A DNA stretch of 64,000 bases from Basidiobolus meristosporus CBS 931.73 (lineage: Eukaryota > Fungi > Basidiobolomycota). Of this stretch, positions 48,745 to 60,429 are shown one piece after another. The stretch's first letter is position 1; every line of letters begins with the position of its first letter. Made by a program: the position numbers and the translations under genes. Below the pieces are notes generated by a model. It was not told where the DNA came from, did not search any database, and worked only from the letters and a program-made list of their open reading frames with translations. The stretch lies in NCBI GenBank assembly GCA_002104905.1, contig MCFE01000256.1, forward strand, positions 1 to 64,000, in the 5' to 3' direction.

Positions 48745-51700
48745 ACGAGGTCTAATCGGCGGCTTTCTTATAAGTTGTGGACAGCAACATATTTTTGGTT
48801 TGGTGTGGAGTGAATCGCATTTACCAGGAATATTTGGGACCATGATCCATTTGCACAATAACATACTAGCACTAAACTTCCACTGGAAATATTTCAGAAT
48901 ATGAGGCGCAACTGCCCACTAAAAATAATTAGAGGCCAAGTAATGGTTCCGTTTAGTCAGCTTCAAGATCGCAGGCACGAACCAATAAATACGATGAAAG
49001 CGAAGCAAATGTCACTAAAAAACGAGCAAATTGAGACGGAGCCATCGGGATCAAAAATATTAGAATATTATAGACTATTAGTACGTCCCATGGAAAGCAC
49101 ATGGAGTATGTTTGGCTCTAGTATTGAGTCGGCTATCTGGTGTTCTCATCATCTATATCATCCAGTATTATGACCTAGCCCCACCCTATGGCGCTGGAAC
49201 AGAAATTACTGGGACCAGATATAAATATTACAATTTTATGTCTTAAACTTGGGTATATATACAGCCTTACTTCAACTGATATAACTTCGCCATCAGGGAA
49301 TCGGGGGGTATATCTCACAGAACTCAGCATCTCGGAGTATTGGCAACCTTCTGGGAAACCACAGGCACCTTAGGATCACCGGATCATGGAATATTTAATG
49401 TGAACCAAGAGGGATGGATTTCGCATGAAATCTCACTTTAATTGGCCCATATGTAGATTGTCCTTGCGATTGTTCAAGTATTGTTCGTTTTGCTACCATG
49501 CAATGTGTTCGGTTGCACCAATGGCTAGGTATTTGCCATCCCATCGCCAGCATTTGAATTTTGAATGGTTATCTATGCCTGGATGTACCATCAATCAATC
49601 GAATTCTGCTCATGTCTCAGGGGAAGATAGGAATGCATGGGTCTTGAAGCGCACGTGTATCACGGAGTTTGATTGAGGCCACATGAATTACTATTATGGC
49701 AGAACCGTGTGCATGCGACTCCATTGATGATCAGTCGATTCTGTCATCGTGCCACTTTGAATTCACTAAATCAATCTGGAACCAATCGATTTCGGAATCA
49801 ATACCTCAAAAAGGTTCAAGAATGGATTTTCAATTCATATATATGCATTTGTTGCTCAAAACCTTATTTCTTTCATGTTATGGCGGTTGCGAGCGACGTG
49901 CCTCGAGAATGTCGCTAGCCAGAAGATTCGATTCTGCCGGATTGCTTTGGAGCACGGGTCTTTAAGCTAAGGAGAGTCTGTCGTTGGTTTGGGTTGCCGA
50001 CATATACATGTGTGTATATCGTCAACGCGATACCTCTACAGGTTGCCTTTAAAAACGCGTCCACCACCCTTGTGTATGTTGTATTTCCCATGTTTCCGCG
50101 TGCATCGATTGTGGAATGGATCGTCGCTGTCTAAAATCGACCCGATTAATCGGATTCAACCATGATGCAATCGTTTATTCTTAGGAAGTTGGCTTATCCA
50201 TTCTGGCATAAATCCGATTGATCATTATGACACCATGCATTTGCTGCTACACAACAGCCAGTGTGTATCAGCTCCCTTAATACACAGTAAAAGTGGCTGA
50301 CTATGTAATAGAATGCACTGGCTGTTTCGTCTCCATGAATATAGCTGTCATGGCTCGCATTCTTAGTGTTATCGCTCTGTGCGATAAACGCCGAGGAGAG
50401 ATGCGGTGGAAGTTGCTTGACTTGGCCTGCTAATTAAGATGTTCCACCAGTACATGAAACCGTTTACCCCGTGACAACACCGCTTAGATATCGGTTACTC
50501 GTTGGCCTCCAGTGAGCTATGTAAGACAAATCTATCCGCGCAAGATCAATATAAATTCGAGCGATCCAGCAGTAAATAATCTCAGGTGATCCCGCCTATT
50601 TGAGTAATGTGCATCGAGGATGAGCTTTATAAACAGTGGAAGTCTTCATTAAGCAGGCCACCACAATCCCACATTTGCGGTTCCTTTTTAGGTGGCATCT
50701 GTTACGCACTCCCTTTTACCTTATACAAAGCTGATTGTTTTCAATGCTGGACCCTGTAACTGCCGTCCCGGCTCTCCTTGGCGGGTACATTGTCGTTTTT
50801 GGACTCATCTCCATGGTCGTTAAAGAATGGCTCTTTCTTTCCGAGGCTTGTGAGTGTCGTTTTTGGGGAATACATGAAAGTCCATGTCTAACAAGAGGCG
50901 CAGTGGTGGCAACCCTGTTTGGGATCGCCATAGGGCCTGCTGTCTTCAATTTCGTAGACCCTTCCGCATGGGGGGATAGTAACAAGTTGACTTTGGAGTT
51001 TGCTCGAATTGTCATCGCCATTCAGGTTGGTCTCCAAGGCGCAATCCTCACTATCCAGCATATTGATCCATTGTTGAATGTCCTCTATAGGTGATGGCGG
51101 CCGGAATCAACTTGCCCAAGTAAGTTACCCCACAATATGCCATTGAAGTGCGGATGCTTAATAGCAGTCTGGTTTAACAGGGCATACTTGGTAAAGGAAT
51201 GGAAATCACTCACTGTGCTTCTGCTACCGGTGATGTTTGTAATGTGGATCATTAGCGCTCTTGCCTTGTACTATTTTCTTCCGATAAACTTCGTAAGTAG
51301 CCAAGAGTGGTAGGCACCAGCACTGCATTGCTAATGAACATATTTCAGCTTGAGGCGTTGCTTATTGGTGCTTGCGTGACCCCCACTGATCCGGTAAGCA
51401 TCTCCATGTATCGCCCCTTGTTGGCCTGTGTACTGAATGGATGGTTCGAAAAGGTGCTGGCAAACTCGATTGTTAAAGGCAGATTTGCGGAATCTCATGT
51501 TCCGGTTCATACCAGAGATATCATATCCGCAGAAAGGTATGACATATCACTCAGTACGCAGCAATAGTTGATACTTACAATACTTTCATGTAGTGGTGCA
51601 AACGATGGTATGCAGTTCGGAAGTAAAAGGAGGTTTTCTTGCTTTTCCCTCTGATATCTTAATCTAGGACTGGGCTTCCCCTACTTGTTCTTCGCGTTGT

Positions 51701-53150
51701 ACCTATTGCGAGAGCCTACTACTGGTGAGGCCATGGAAAAGTGGGTCTATATGGTTTGGGGCTATCAAATATTGTTGTCCATAGCTATTGGTGCCATAGT
51801 AGGATACGTGGCCCGCAAACTTCTTTATTATTCGGAAACCAGAGAGTACATCGATAAAGAGTCCTTTTTGGTATTCTCTATCGCCTTGACGGTTAGTGCT
51901 TTTCTTCTAAATATGCAATTACATCGCTAGTGTACTAACTTGAAGCAGCTGTGTTTGATGGCATGTGTTAAAGTGATTGACAGCGATGACCTGTTGTCGG
52001 TATTTATTGCTGGAAACTCATTTACATGGGAGTATGCATGCTGAAATCAATGTCGAATTTATTCCTGTAACTGACTGCTTCATTTGATACTAGTGACTGG
52101 TTTCGTAAGGCTACCAAAGAGGCACATTTCCAGGAAGTGATAGATATGATGTTTAATATCTCGTTTTTCGTATATTTCGGCACCATCATTCCTTGGGCAG
52201 CTTTTGAGACGCCCGGCCTGAATCTAAGTGTGATTCGCCTTGGGATGATCGCATTGATTGTCCTTGTTTTGAGAAGACTCCCAATAGTGGTTTTGATGTC
52301 CCGTTGGGTTCCTGCTATCAAAAACTACCGCGAAGCGATCTTTGCTGGGTGGTTTGGCCCAATTGGTGTTGGGGCTATTTTCTATTGCATGGTGGGAATC
52401 GAGGAGATGGATAAATATAATCCCAATGGCTATGTACGAGCCATTATCTTCCCGGTTGTAAGCTTTCTGATCTTGGCGTCCGTGATTGTCCACGGTGTGA
52501 CAGTTCCACTGTTCCATCTAACAACCATTGGAACCCGCAGCCTGACCAGATCCGCCACCATTGCGAACTTCGTTAGCAGGTTGCCAATCATCACCTTGGG
52601 TCAAGAGATCATCATTCAGCGTAATAGTACATCTAGCACTACCTACGGCGCTACCTCGACAACCAGAAGAAACGAGACTATAGAGCAAGTAGCCGGCTCG
52701 TCATCAGGCACTATTGACGCACGACCGAAGTCAATCAGATCAATCAAATCTACTCGCTCCACCGGCTCCTTCGTAGGAAGGGTTCTGGCTGTTGAAGAAA
52801 TCGATGACAGTGATCTACCTTCCTTCAGAAACAAAAGGAAATCCATCATAGTAATCGAGCACGATGTTGATGACGAGTTAGAAAGCGAAGAGGAGCCACT
52901 GTTGGTACAGAATCCAAGCCTCCCAGTCACCAATATCTTACAATCCCAAGAAAACCGACATCAACTCAGTAATATCTCCGTTCATATACCGGCAGCCCCT
53001 AATTCCCAAACATAATATACCCTTTCACCTGTTAATTAGCTCTTCCATATCTACTAGAAGTACCCGCCCGTTGGTGGCTCATATGCCGTGAATGTAGGCC
53101 AGCACTATGCGCTTTTGCTAACCTGATCAATAAATACAGCTACTAAACGG
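48745..53150. other. CpG-rich single-copy island containing the antiporter gene and ~2 kb of upstream DNA
   Basis: 30 CpG counted in 50041-50640 versus 2 in 8041-8640; boundaries approximate. Confidence 0.85.
50744..53015 (+). CDS. NHA1: Plasma-membrane Na+(K+)/H+ antiporter, CPA1 family, Nha1/Sod2/Cnh1-like; 10 exons, 579 aa
   Basis: Exons 50744-50849, 50904-51025, 51091-51119, 51181-51292, 51349-51393, 51454-51536, 51594-51607, 51668-51891, 51949-52031 and 52094-53015 total 1740 nt in an open frame. Nine GT-AG introns of 54-65 nt. Motifs LSEA, VTPTDPVLANS, ESGANDGLGFP, SDDLL and GWFGPIGVGAIF. Confidence 0.95.
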
Positions 53151-53158
53151 ATCCAAAG

Positions 53159-53430
53159 CTCTATGAAAAATCTCAGAGTTGGAATTCATTGGATTTTTAG
53201 CTGGTGTTTCTGCTTCATATTTTCATTTGCAATTCTTGGTGGAAGTAATGAGGAGCTGATTACCAAATTTGGTATGAGTGCCATTTGGCCTAGTCTCCCC
53301 CTGGAATGGATGTCTGCTTGTCTGTTGTGAAGCTAGTACCTGAGATACTGAGAGTAGTCACTTTTGGGAAAGTTGGAATTCAGCTGATATGGTGATGGTA
53401 TTCTGCTGGCCTTTTCTTTTTTTCTTAAGG
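53159..53430. mobile_element. CCCTA-family MITE, reverse orientation, just downstream of NHA1
   Basis: CTCTATGAAAAATCTC...TTTCTTAAGG; its reverse complement aligns with 58313-58582 and 6556-6853. Confidence 0.72.
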
Positions 53431-53662
53431 TTATATAATCATGATACTCCATGTAGCTGATAGTTGTTTGAATACTGAGAAGATTCAGGAAGTGAGAGGA
53501 AGCTGAGGCTATTTGGTGAGATTGGATGAGTACATGTAACTGTTTGCTAGTTAATCAGGTGAAGAACTGGCTCAAGGTATGATGCATTTGCTCTAGTCAA
53601 TGCCTTGACTACAATGTACCTACTTGCAAGAGAATCCAATACCATGGGATACAAGTACATAT

Positions 53663-56600
53663 TGTTGTAAGAGTCTTGGAGATATTGGAAGTGATTTGGA
53701 GAACAAGTAAATTATGTGGTTTTCACTTAATGATTTATTGAATGTAAAAGTAGTATTGTTGCTTTTACATGATATTGGCATTATAAACACGTAGAATAGG
53801 TTAAGGAAGGTCCTAAGAACATGTGTGCAAAGTTTGGGGCTGTTTGGACAACTTTGAGAATTTTTATGTTCTGGGTAAATATTCTAAGTAAATCCCAACA
53901 AGGAATTTGGTCAGTATTCTCTAGGATTTGAAGGTGATGATCTAAGTGACTAATTTAGGTGCATATTTAGGTGGAAATACAAATTTTTACAACACTCCCA
54001 CTCAGCTAAATGTTCATACTGACTAGTCCTAATTTTGACCTAAGATATTCAAACTTGTCTCTAGCTAATGGTTTGGTAAATATGTCTGCAATCATTTCAT
54101 CTGTAGGACAGTAAACTAAGCTAAGTAAGTTATTCTCTATAGCTTCACGTATGAAATGATGTCTAATATCTATGTGCTTGGTTCTAGCATGAAAAGTTGG
54201 ATTTCTACCTCATGGTTTACATCCTTGATTATCTTGAAATAAAGTAATAGGCATTTTTTGACATAGGCCTAAATCTGTAAAAGTTTTCTTAACCAGATTG
54301 CTTCTTTTGTAGCTTCACAGGCTGCCATATACTCTGCCTCTGTGGTGGAAAGTGCTACGGTTGGTTGCTTTCTTGAATTCCATGAAATTGCTCCTTTACA
54401 GTAAAGAAAAGTGTATCCTGTGGTGGATCTTCTGTCTTCAAAATTTTGTCCCCAATCAGCATCAGAGTATCCCACAAGATCCTGTTCTGAATCCTCATAA
54501 GTGTATCTTAAGCAGATATCAGCAGTTCCTTTTAGGTATCTAAAAATCCGCTTGACTGCTGCAATATGATCAGATCCATAGTTCTGATTATGTTGGCTGA
54601 CAACTCCCACTGAATATGAGATATCTGGACGTGTTCCAAGCATGCTGTACATCAGACTGCCAACCATAGATTGATAAGGAAAGTCAGGGCTTTCAGATGG
54701 CACCAAGCTCTCTTGATTTGGTTGAGTTTTGACCAAGTTAAGGCTTGTCTCCATTGGGGTAGCTGCCAGTTTACAGTCTTCCATTTGGTACTTCTTTAGT
54801 ATATCTTGAATATACTTGGATTGGCTTAGGGTGATAGTCTGTGTACTTCTGTCTATGGAGAACTTAATCCCTAAGTAGTAATAAAGTTCTCCTAGATTGG
54901 ACATCTTGAACTCTTTAGATAGGCTTGATTTAGTCTCTTCCAATGTTGCTAGGTTATTGGCAGCTATAATAAGTTCATCCACATATAGAGCCAATAGAAC
55001 TGGATCTGCTCTATCTGGCTTATAGTATACACTATAGTCAGCATTACTTCTTTTGAAACTCAAAGATTCCAAATAGGAATCTATCTTGCAATTCCAGGCT
55101 CTTGGTAATTGTTTGAGACCATATAGTGACTTTTTAAGCTTGCAGACCAAATGGGGGTTATCTTAGTCAACAAACCCATCAGACTGGTCCATATACACAT
55201 CCTCATTAAGTTCTCCATTCAAAAATGCAGTTTTTACATCCATTTGATGAATAAAAAACTTATATTTGGCTGCAATAGCCAATATTAATCTGATGGAATT
55301 AAACTTGGCTACTGGTGCAAAGGTCTCAGTATAGTCAAGTCCTTTTGTTTGAGAGTATCCTTTGGCTACAAGTCTTGCTTTGTATCTTTCAATTGTACCA
55401 TCAGCCTTGTATTTTGTCCTGAAGACCCATCTGCATCCAGTTGATTTTTGGTTGATTGGTAATTTGACTAAGTCCCAATTTTGATTTCCCATCAGGGCCT
55501 GCTATTCCTCAGTCATTGCAGATCTCCAAAACTTTGTCTGAGGGCTATTTAGGGCCTCTTTTACAGTCTGGAGTTCATCAATATGGACTGAATAGGCATA
55601 GGCTAAGTTTGTACCCTCATTAATATAGTATTTGGGCTATTTCTTGTCTGATTGGATCTCCGGGCATTTGATACTGGAATGATCACTTTTGAGATATTCC
55701 TGGGCACTGATTCTGGCTGAACCACGGTTATAGAGTCCTCTGGAGTGAAAAAATCTTCATTTTTTTGCTCTGATTCAATCCTGACAATTGGTGGACTTGA
55801 CCAGCTTCTTTACTTTGGTATTGTAGAGTCTGTATGCCTACTCTCAGTGCAGTAGCCCAAAAATATGCATTTTACACTTTTTGGCTCAAATTTTGACTGA
55901 TTTCCGGCCAGTTTTTTGGCATATGCTGTACATCCAAATATACTTAGATGTTCTGCACTTGGTCTGTATCCATGCCATGCTTCAAATGGAGTAGAATCAC
56001 AAAGTATTCTGTTATAACTCCTATTTTTAAGGTATACAGCAGTGGCAACTGATTCCACCCAAAAATCATAGGATAATTTTTGATCATGGATCATAGATTT
56101 TGCCATATCAATTATTGATCTGTTAGCACATTGTGCTACTCCATTTTGCTGTGGGGAGTATGGTACAGTAGTCTCTTGCTTTATCCCATGAATTTTGCAG
56201 AAGTGGATGAAGAGTTTTGAGGTATATTCTCCACCATTGTCAGAGCATATTTTCTTGATTTTTTCACTAGTTTCTGTCTCCACCATGGCTTTAAACTCCC
56301 TGAACTTAGGCAGAGCTTCTTCCTTTCCCTCCATGAAGAAGACCCATGTGTATCTTGTATAATCATCAATAAAAGTGATTAAATACTTTATCCCGCCTAA
56401 GGATATATTTTACATAGGTCCACACAGATCTGAGTGAATTAGATCTATTTTTTTTTAGTTTTGATTAATCCAGAGCTCTTGAACAGTTGTCTGGCTTGTT
56501 TCCCATATATGCAGGCTTCACAGTGCTCCAAATTTGCAGGGGGATCAACTTTCACTCCAGAAATTAGCTGATCTTTGATCATTTTGAGCAAATAATACAA

Positions 56601-58246
56601 ATTGATGTGTCCAAATCTCCTGTGCCAAAGCATTGGTGTTTCTTCACTGAAGTTACTTATATTGGCTTCCAAATATGATGGAATATAATTCAACTTGTAT
56701 AGATTCTGATCTCTGATGCCCAAAGCAATATGGGCATCATTTTGATCAGTGATCCTGCATCCAGAATTGTCAAAACTGAAACTGAGTCCTTCTGCTGTGG
56801 CCTTTCTTACAGAGAGTAGGCTCTTGGCTATTTGTGGTACATAGAGTACTCCTTTAAAGGTCAGTGTATGGCTTCCTTCACTGCTTCTAAGGTTTACTTG
56901 GATAGTTCCTTCTCCCACTGCATCAAGTGTTCCACTGTCACCCATTAAAACCTTCTTAATTGGAATTTCTTGATATTGGGTAAAAAGTTCTTTTTGGTGT
57001 GTAAAGTGTTGAGAAGCTCCAGAGTCAATATACCACGTCTGAGAATCCTTGTTTGTGGTCATATTTAGTGCAGATATGAATAGTCTATCTTCAGTTGTTG
57101 CAGCATTTCCATATTCAGGCTTCTTTTGCTGATTATCTTTCTTTTTGAGACACCAGTCTGATGTGTGTCCTTTCCTTTTGCAGAAGTTACAAAACAGGTT
57201 GCTGTTGCCTTTGTAGGGTCTTGGGTACCTCCTTTGTTGGTTATCATTGCTTATTAAAGCATTTTCTTCTTCCTTCTTATTGGCGCTTGATTTTCTTAAT
57301 TCTTCATCCAGGAGCCTTCCATATACGTAATTTAAGGTCAAATCTTCAGTTCTGGACTCTAGGGCTGATACAAGGCCTTAAAACACATCTGTCAGGCTAT
57401 TCAGGATGGTAACTATCACATCCTCATCAGTAGTTGGTAAGCCCACAGATTCCATCTCATCTACCAGCAGGGTAATTCTGTTAATTAGATTTTTCATTTC
57501 TTCTCCTGGCAGCATCTTTGTAGTAAAGAATTTTTGTCTCAGATACATTTTCTTAGCAGCTGAACATGACTGGTAGGTGTCTTCTAATGCTTTCCAGGCA
57601 TTCTTTGCCGTTTTTGCTCTTGAGCATTGAATTAGCAATTTGTCCTTGACATTAAGGCAAATGCAGTTAAAGGCACTTTGTTCTTTCTCCTGGTACTTTA
57701 AGGCTTCCTCTCCCACGTTTTTAGAAGGGCATTCTTTTCCCATGACAATATCCCCAGGGCCTCTTTCTTGTAGCAGCATCTTCATCTTCACCTTCCACAC
57801 TTGGTAGTTAGATCCATCCAACTTTTCAGCAGAGGGATAAATTCCAGTAATAGCAGTAGTAGACATTGCAGAGAGTGACAGCTTGGGGCTCATAACCTGT
57901 TGTAAGAGTCTTGGAGATATTGGAAGTGATTTGGAGAACAAGTAGATTGTGTGGTTTTCACTTAATGATTTATTGAATGTAAAAGTAGTATTTATGCTTT
58001 TACATGGTCTTAGCATTACAAACACGTAGAATAGGTTAAGGAAGATCCCAAGAACATGTGTGCAAAGCTTGGGGCTGTTTGGACAACCTTGAGAATTTTC
58101 ATGTTCTGGGTACCTGGTATTTTGGTGAAAATATTACTAGTAAATCCTGACAAGGAATTTGGTCAGTATTCTCTAGGATTTGAAGGTGGTGATCTAAGTA
58201 ATTAAGTTAGGTGAATATTTAGGTGGAAATACAAATTTTTACAACA
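53663..58246 (-). mobile_element. Full-length decayed Ty1/Copia retrotransposon
   Basis: LTRs at 53663-53994 (17-bp deletion) and 57898-58246, about 23 substitutions by eye; flanks CATAT/CATAA (5-bp TSD with 1 mismatch); PBS 57886-57897; PPT 53995-54003. Confidence 0.95.
53996..57893 (-). pseudogene. Copia gag-PR-IN-RT-RNase H polyprotein, frameshifted
   Basis: Track ORFs 57378..58025, 56445..57341, 55810..56334, 55163..55492 and 54269..55150 carry [30 protein letters not shown] and GYSDADW in Copia order. Confidence 0.92.
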
Positions 58247-58312
58247 CATAATACATTGCAAACAAATTTCAGTAATATCTTTTCCAAAAAAGCTACTGTA
58301 GTGCAATACATA

Positions 58313-58582
58313 CCCTAAGAAAGGAATTAAGCACAGACCAGCAGAACACCATCACAATATCTGCTGAATTCCAACTTTGTCAAAAGCAACTGCTCTCAGT
58401 ATCACATGTACTAGCTTTACAGCATACAAGCAGACATCCTTTCCACAGAGAGACTAGACCAATTGGTAACTGGCTGCTCATTACTTCCACCAAAAATTGC
58501 AACAGAAAACATGAAGCAGTTATACCAGCAAAATACCAGATAAAAATTCAATGAACTCAAACTTTGAGATTTTGCAATGGGG
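58313..58582. mobile_element. CCCTA-family MITE
   Basis: CCCTAAGAAAGG...TTTTGCAATGGGG flanked by TA/TA; colinear with the other copies. Confidence 0.7.
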
Positions 58583-58602
58583 TATTGTGGTGCTATAGCA
58601 TA

Positions 58603-59855
58603 CCCTAAAATGTATCAGCTTACTACAAATATCTGCATTGTACTTAATGGAAAATATTACCATAAGCTATAAAGCAAAAGCTAATCTGAGGATATGTGCA
58701 GCTATGCCTTAGTGTTAGAGCTTACTTTATGTGCACTTAGCTAGTGAAAAACCAGTAAAGCCTGCTGGCTACTGATTATCATAGGTTTGAATATGACATT
58801 GTCACTGTTGTATTAGGGCAGATATTTGCTGGTTGTATTAATGCAATATGGTCCCTAAATTCTGCCTAATCTTTATAGCAACTTGCATCCATATTGAATG
58901 ATGTTTAGAAGTTACTACCACAGGCCATTACCAAATTGGCATTAAGTAAAGTTCACAGTCTCATAGGCAAGGAGGATATAAAAACTATAAGTAAAACCTC
59001 TAATATTTGTGATCCCAATATATTGTGTAAATGGTGGATGTGATAGATTTAGCAAGTTTAATCATAACTCTTATGGGTTCTCATTCTCCAAGTACTAGCA
59101 ATATGAACATTCTCCTTCTATAAAGCAAATATAGAGAATCCTCTGTTTAAGCTTCTCACAACAGATATGTTGAAGTGAGTTAGTTAGACCAAAGACTCTG
59201 CATTAAGGTACAAGTATTTACTTTATATCCAATACTGGTTACACATATGTTCAAAAGGCATTTGAAGCTTATTGAGCCACTTGCAACACTAAGTCGCCAT
59301 GAGGGAATATGTGGGATATTGAAGTGTGCAAATTACTGTAAATAACTTGTATGAGTTTCAATTGATACTAAAAGCATAAAATCATGTAAATGTTAAGGGT
59401 CGATGGGTTGGATATATATATGTACAACAGACCTTCTTATTCAGCTTCTATCAGTAACATACTGGAGGTTTTGGAAACTGTATGCAAAGGTTGCCAGAAT
59501 ATGCATCCAGAAAGAGATTGTCCGTGTTCATCTATTATATATGTTGCTATCATGCAAAGAGTTGGTGATGGGATCTGAACAGCTCTTTCATGAGCATTAA
59601 GCAGAATGCATGGATTTATGCTTCCGTGATGTGTATTCTGTACTCCTTTTTGCTTGACATGTAAATACCTGAGCTATAATCTCGCCTTCTGAGAACTTCT
59701 GTGGAGCAGCTGTGCTGAGAGATAAGGCAAAAAGTAAAATCTCATTTAATTGTAAGGAACCATTAATATTGAAGGGTGTAAGCTTGGGGGAGCATATAAT
59801 TGTGTTGATACTATGATGGCATTTTACTGGCCTTTCAATAAATTTTCTCATAGGG
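58603..59855. mobile_element. Possible larger non-autonomous CCCTA-ended element
   Basis: CCCTAAAA at 58603 and TTTTCTCATAGGG at 59843-59855, both flanked by TA. The ~45 bp inside the right end match the MITE left end (AAAGGCCAGTAAAA). The interior is not recognised. Confidence 0.45.
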
Positions 59856-60089
59856 TATATGAGTTACTCCAGTAGTGAAGAAGAACATGATATCAGGAGT
59901 ATGTAAATGGTACAAATGTGCGCAGCAAGAAAAAGAACGCAGCTTTAAGACAACGATTAGTAGCATAACTATATTAATATGATATAACATCTATGTCCAT
60001 TAAAAATATCAAACCTGGATACTGTATTGCATTCTGCCAGTGGTTTGCTGGCATTCCTCTGGCATTTTGCTTATGCAGTACATGCATTT

Positions 60090-60429
60090 CTCAGGAAGCT
60101 GCATAGAGATAACAAAAGTTATAAGACAAATAAGTAGAAACTATTGCTTCTGCTTGGCAATTTATTGAATGGCATAGTAGTACTTATACAAGGTCACGGC
60201 AAATCCAACCACTCAATATACTTAGAAGGAACCAAAATGCATAATATGCTTAAGAAGATCCCAAAGAGTGTGCGGAATGCTTTGGGGCTGTTCGGCAGCT
60301 TTGAGGCCTTTCCTGTTCTGAGTACCAGAAATTTTAATAAAATATTCCTAGAAGATTCCAACAAAGCGCAAGGATTTTAAGCTATAATCCAAGGGAACAA
60401 AATTATGCACAAATACCAAACTTACAATG
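60090..60429 (-). repeat. Highly diverged relative of the 349-bp Copia LTR
   Basis: Colinear blocks TTTATTGAATG, TAAGAAGATCCCAA, TTTGGGGCTGTT, TGTTCTGAGTACC and CCAACAA, ending CTTACAATG; start approximate. Confidence 0.55.

Noticed and set aside
50735-51094. Track ORF starting at TTG 50735 as the antiporter N-terminus
   Set aside because: It reads through intron 1, which is 54 nt and in frame. The ATG at 50744 with GT-AG splicing restores the conserved LSEALVAT sequence.
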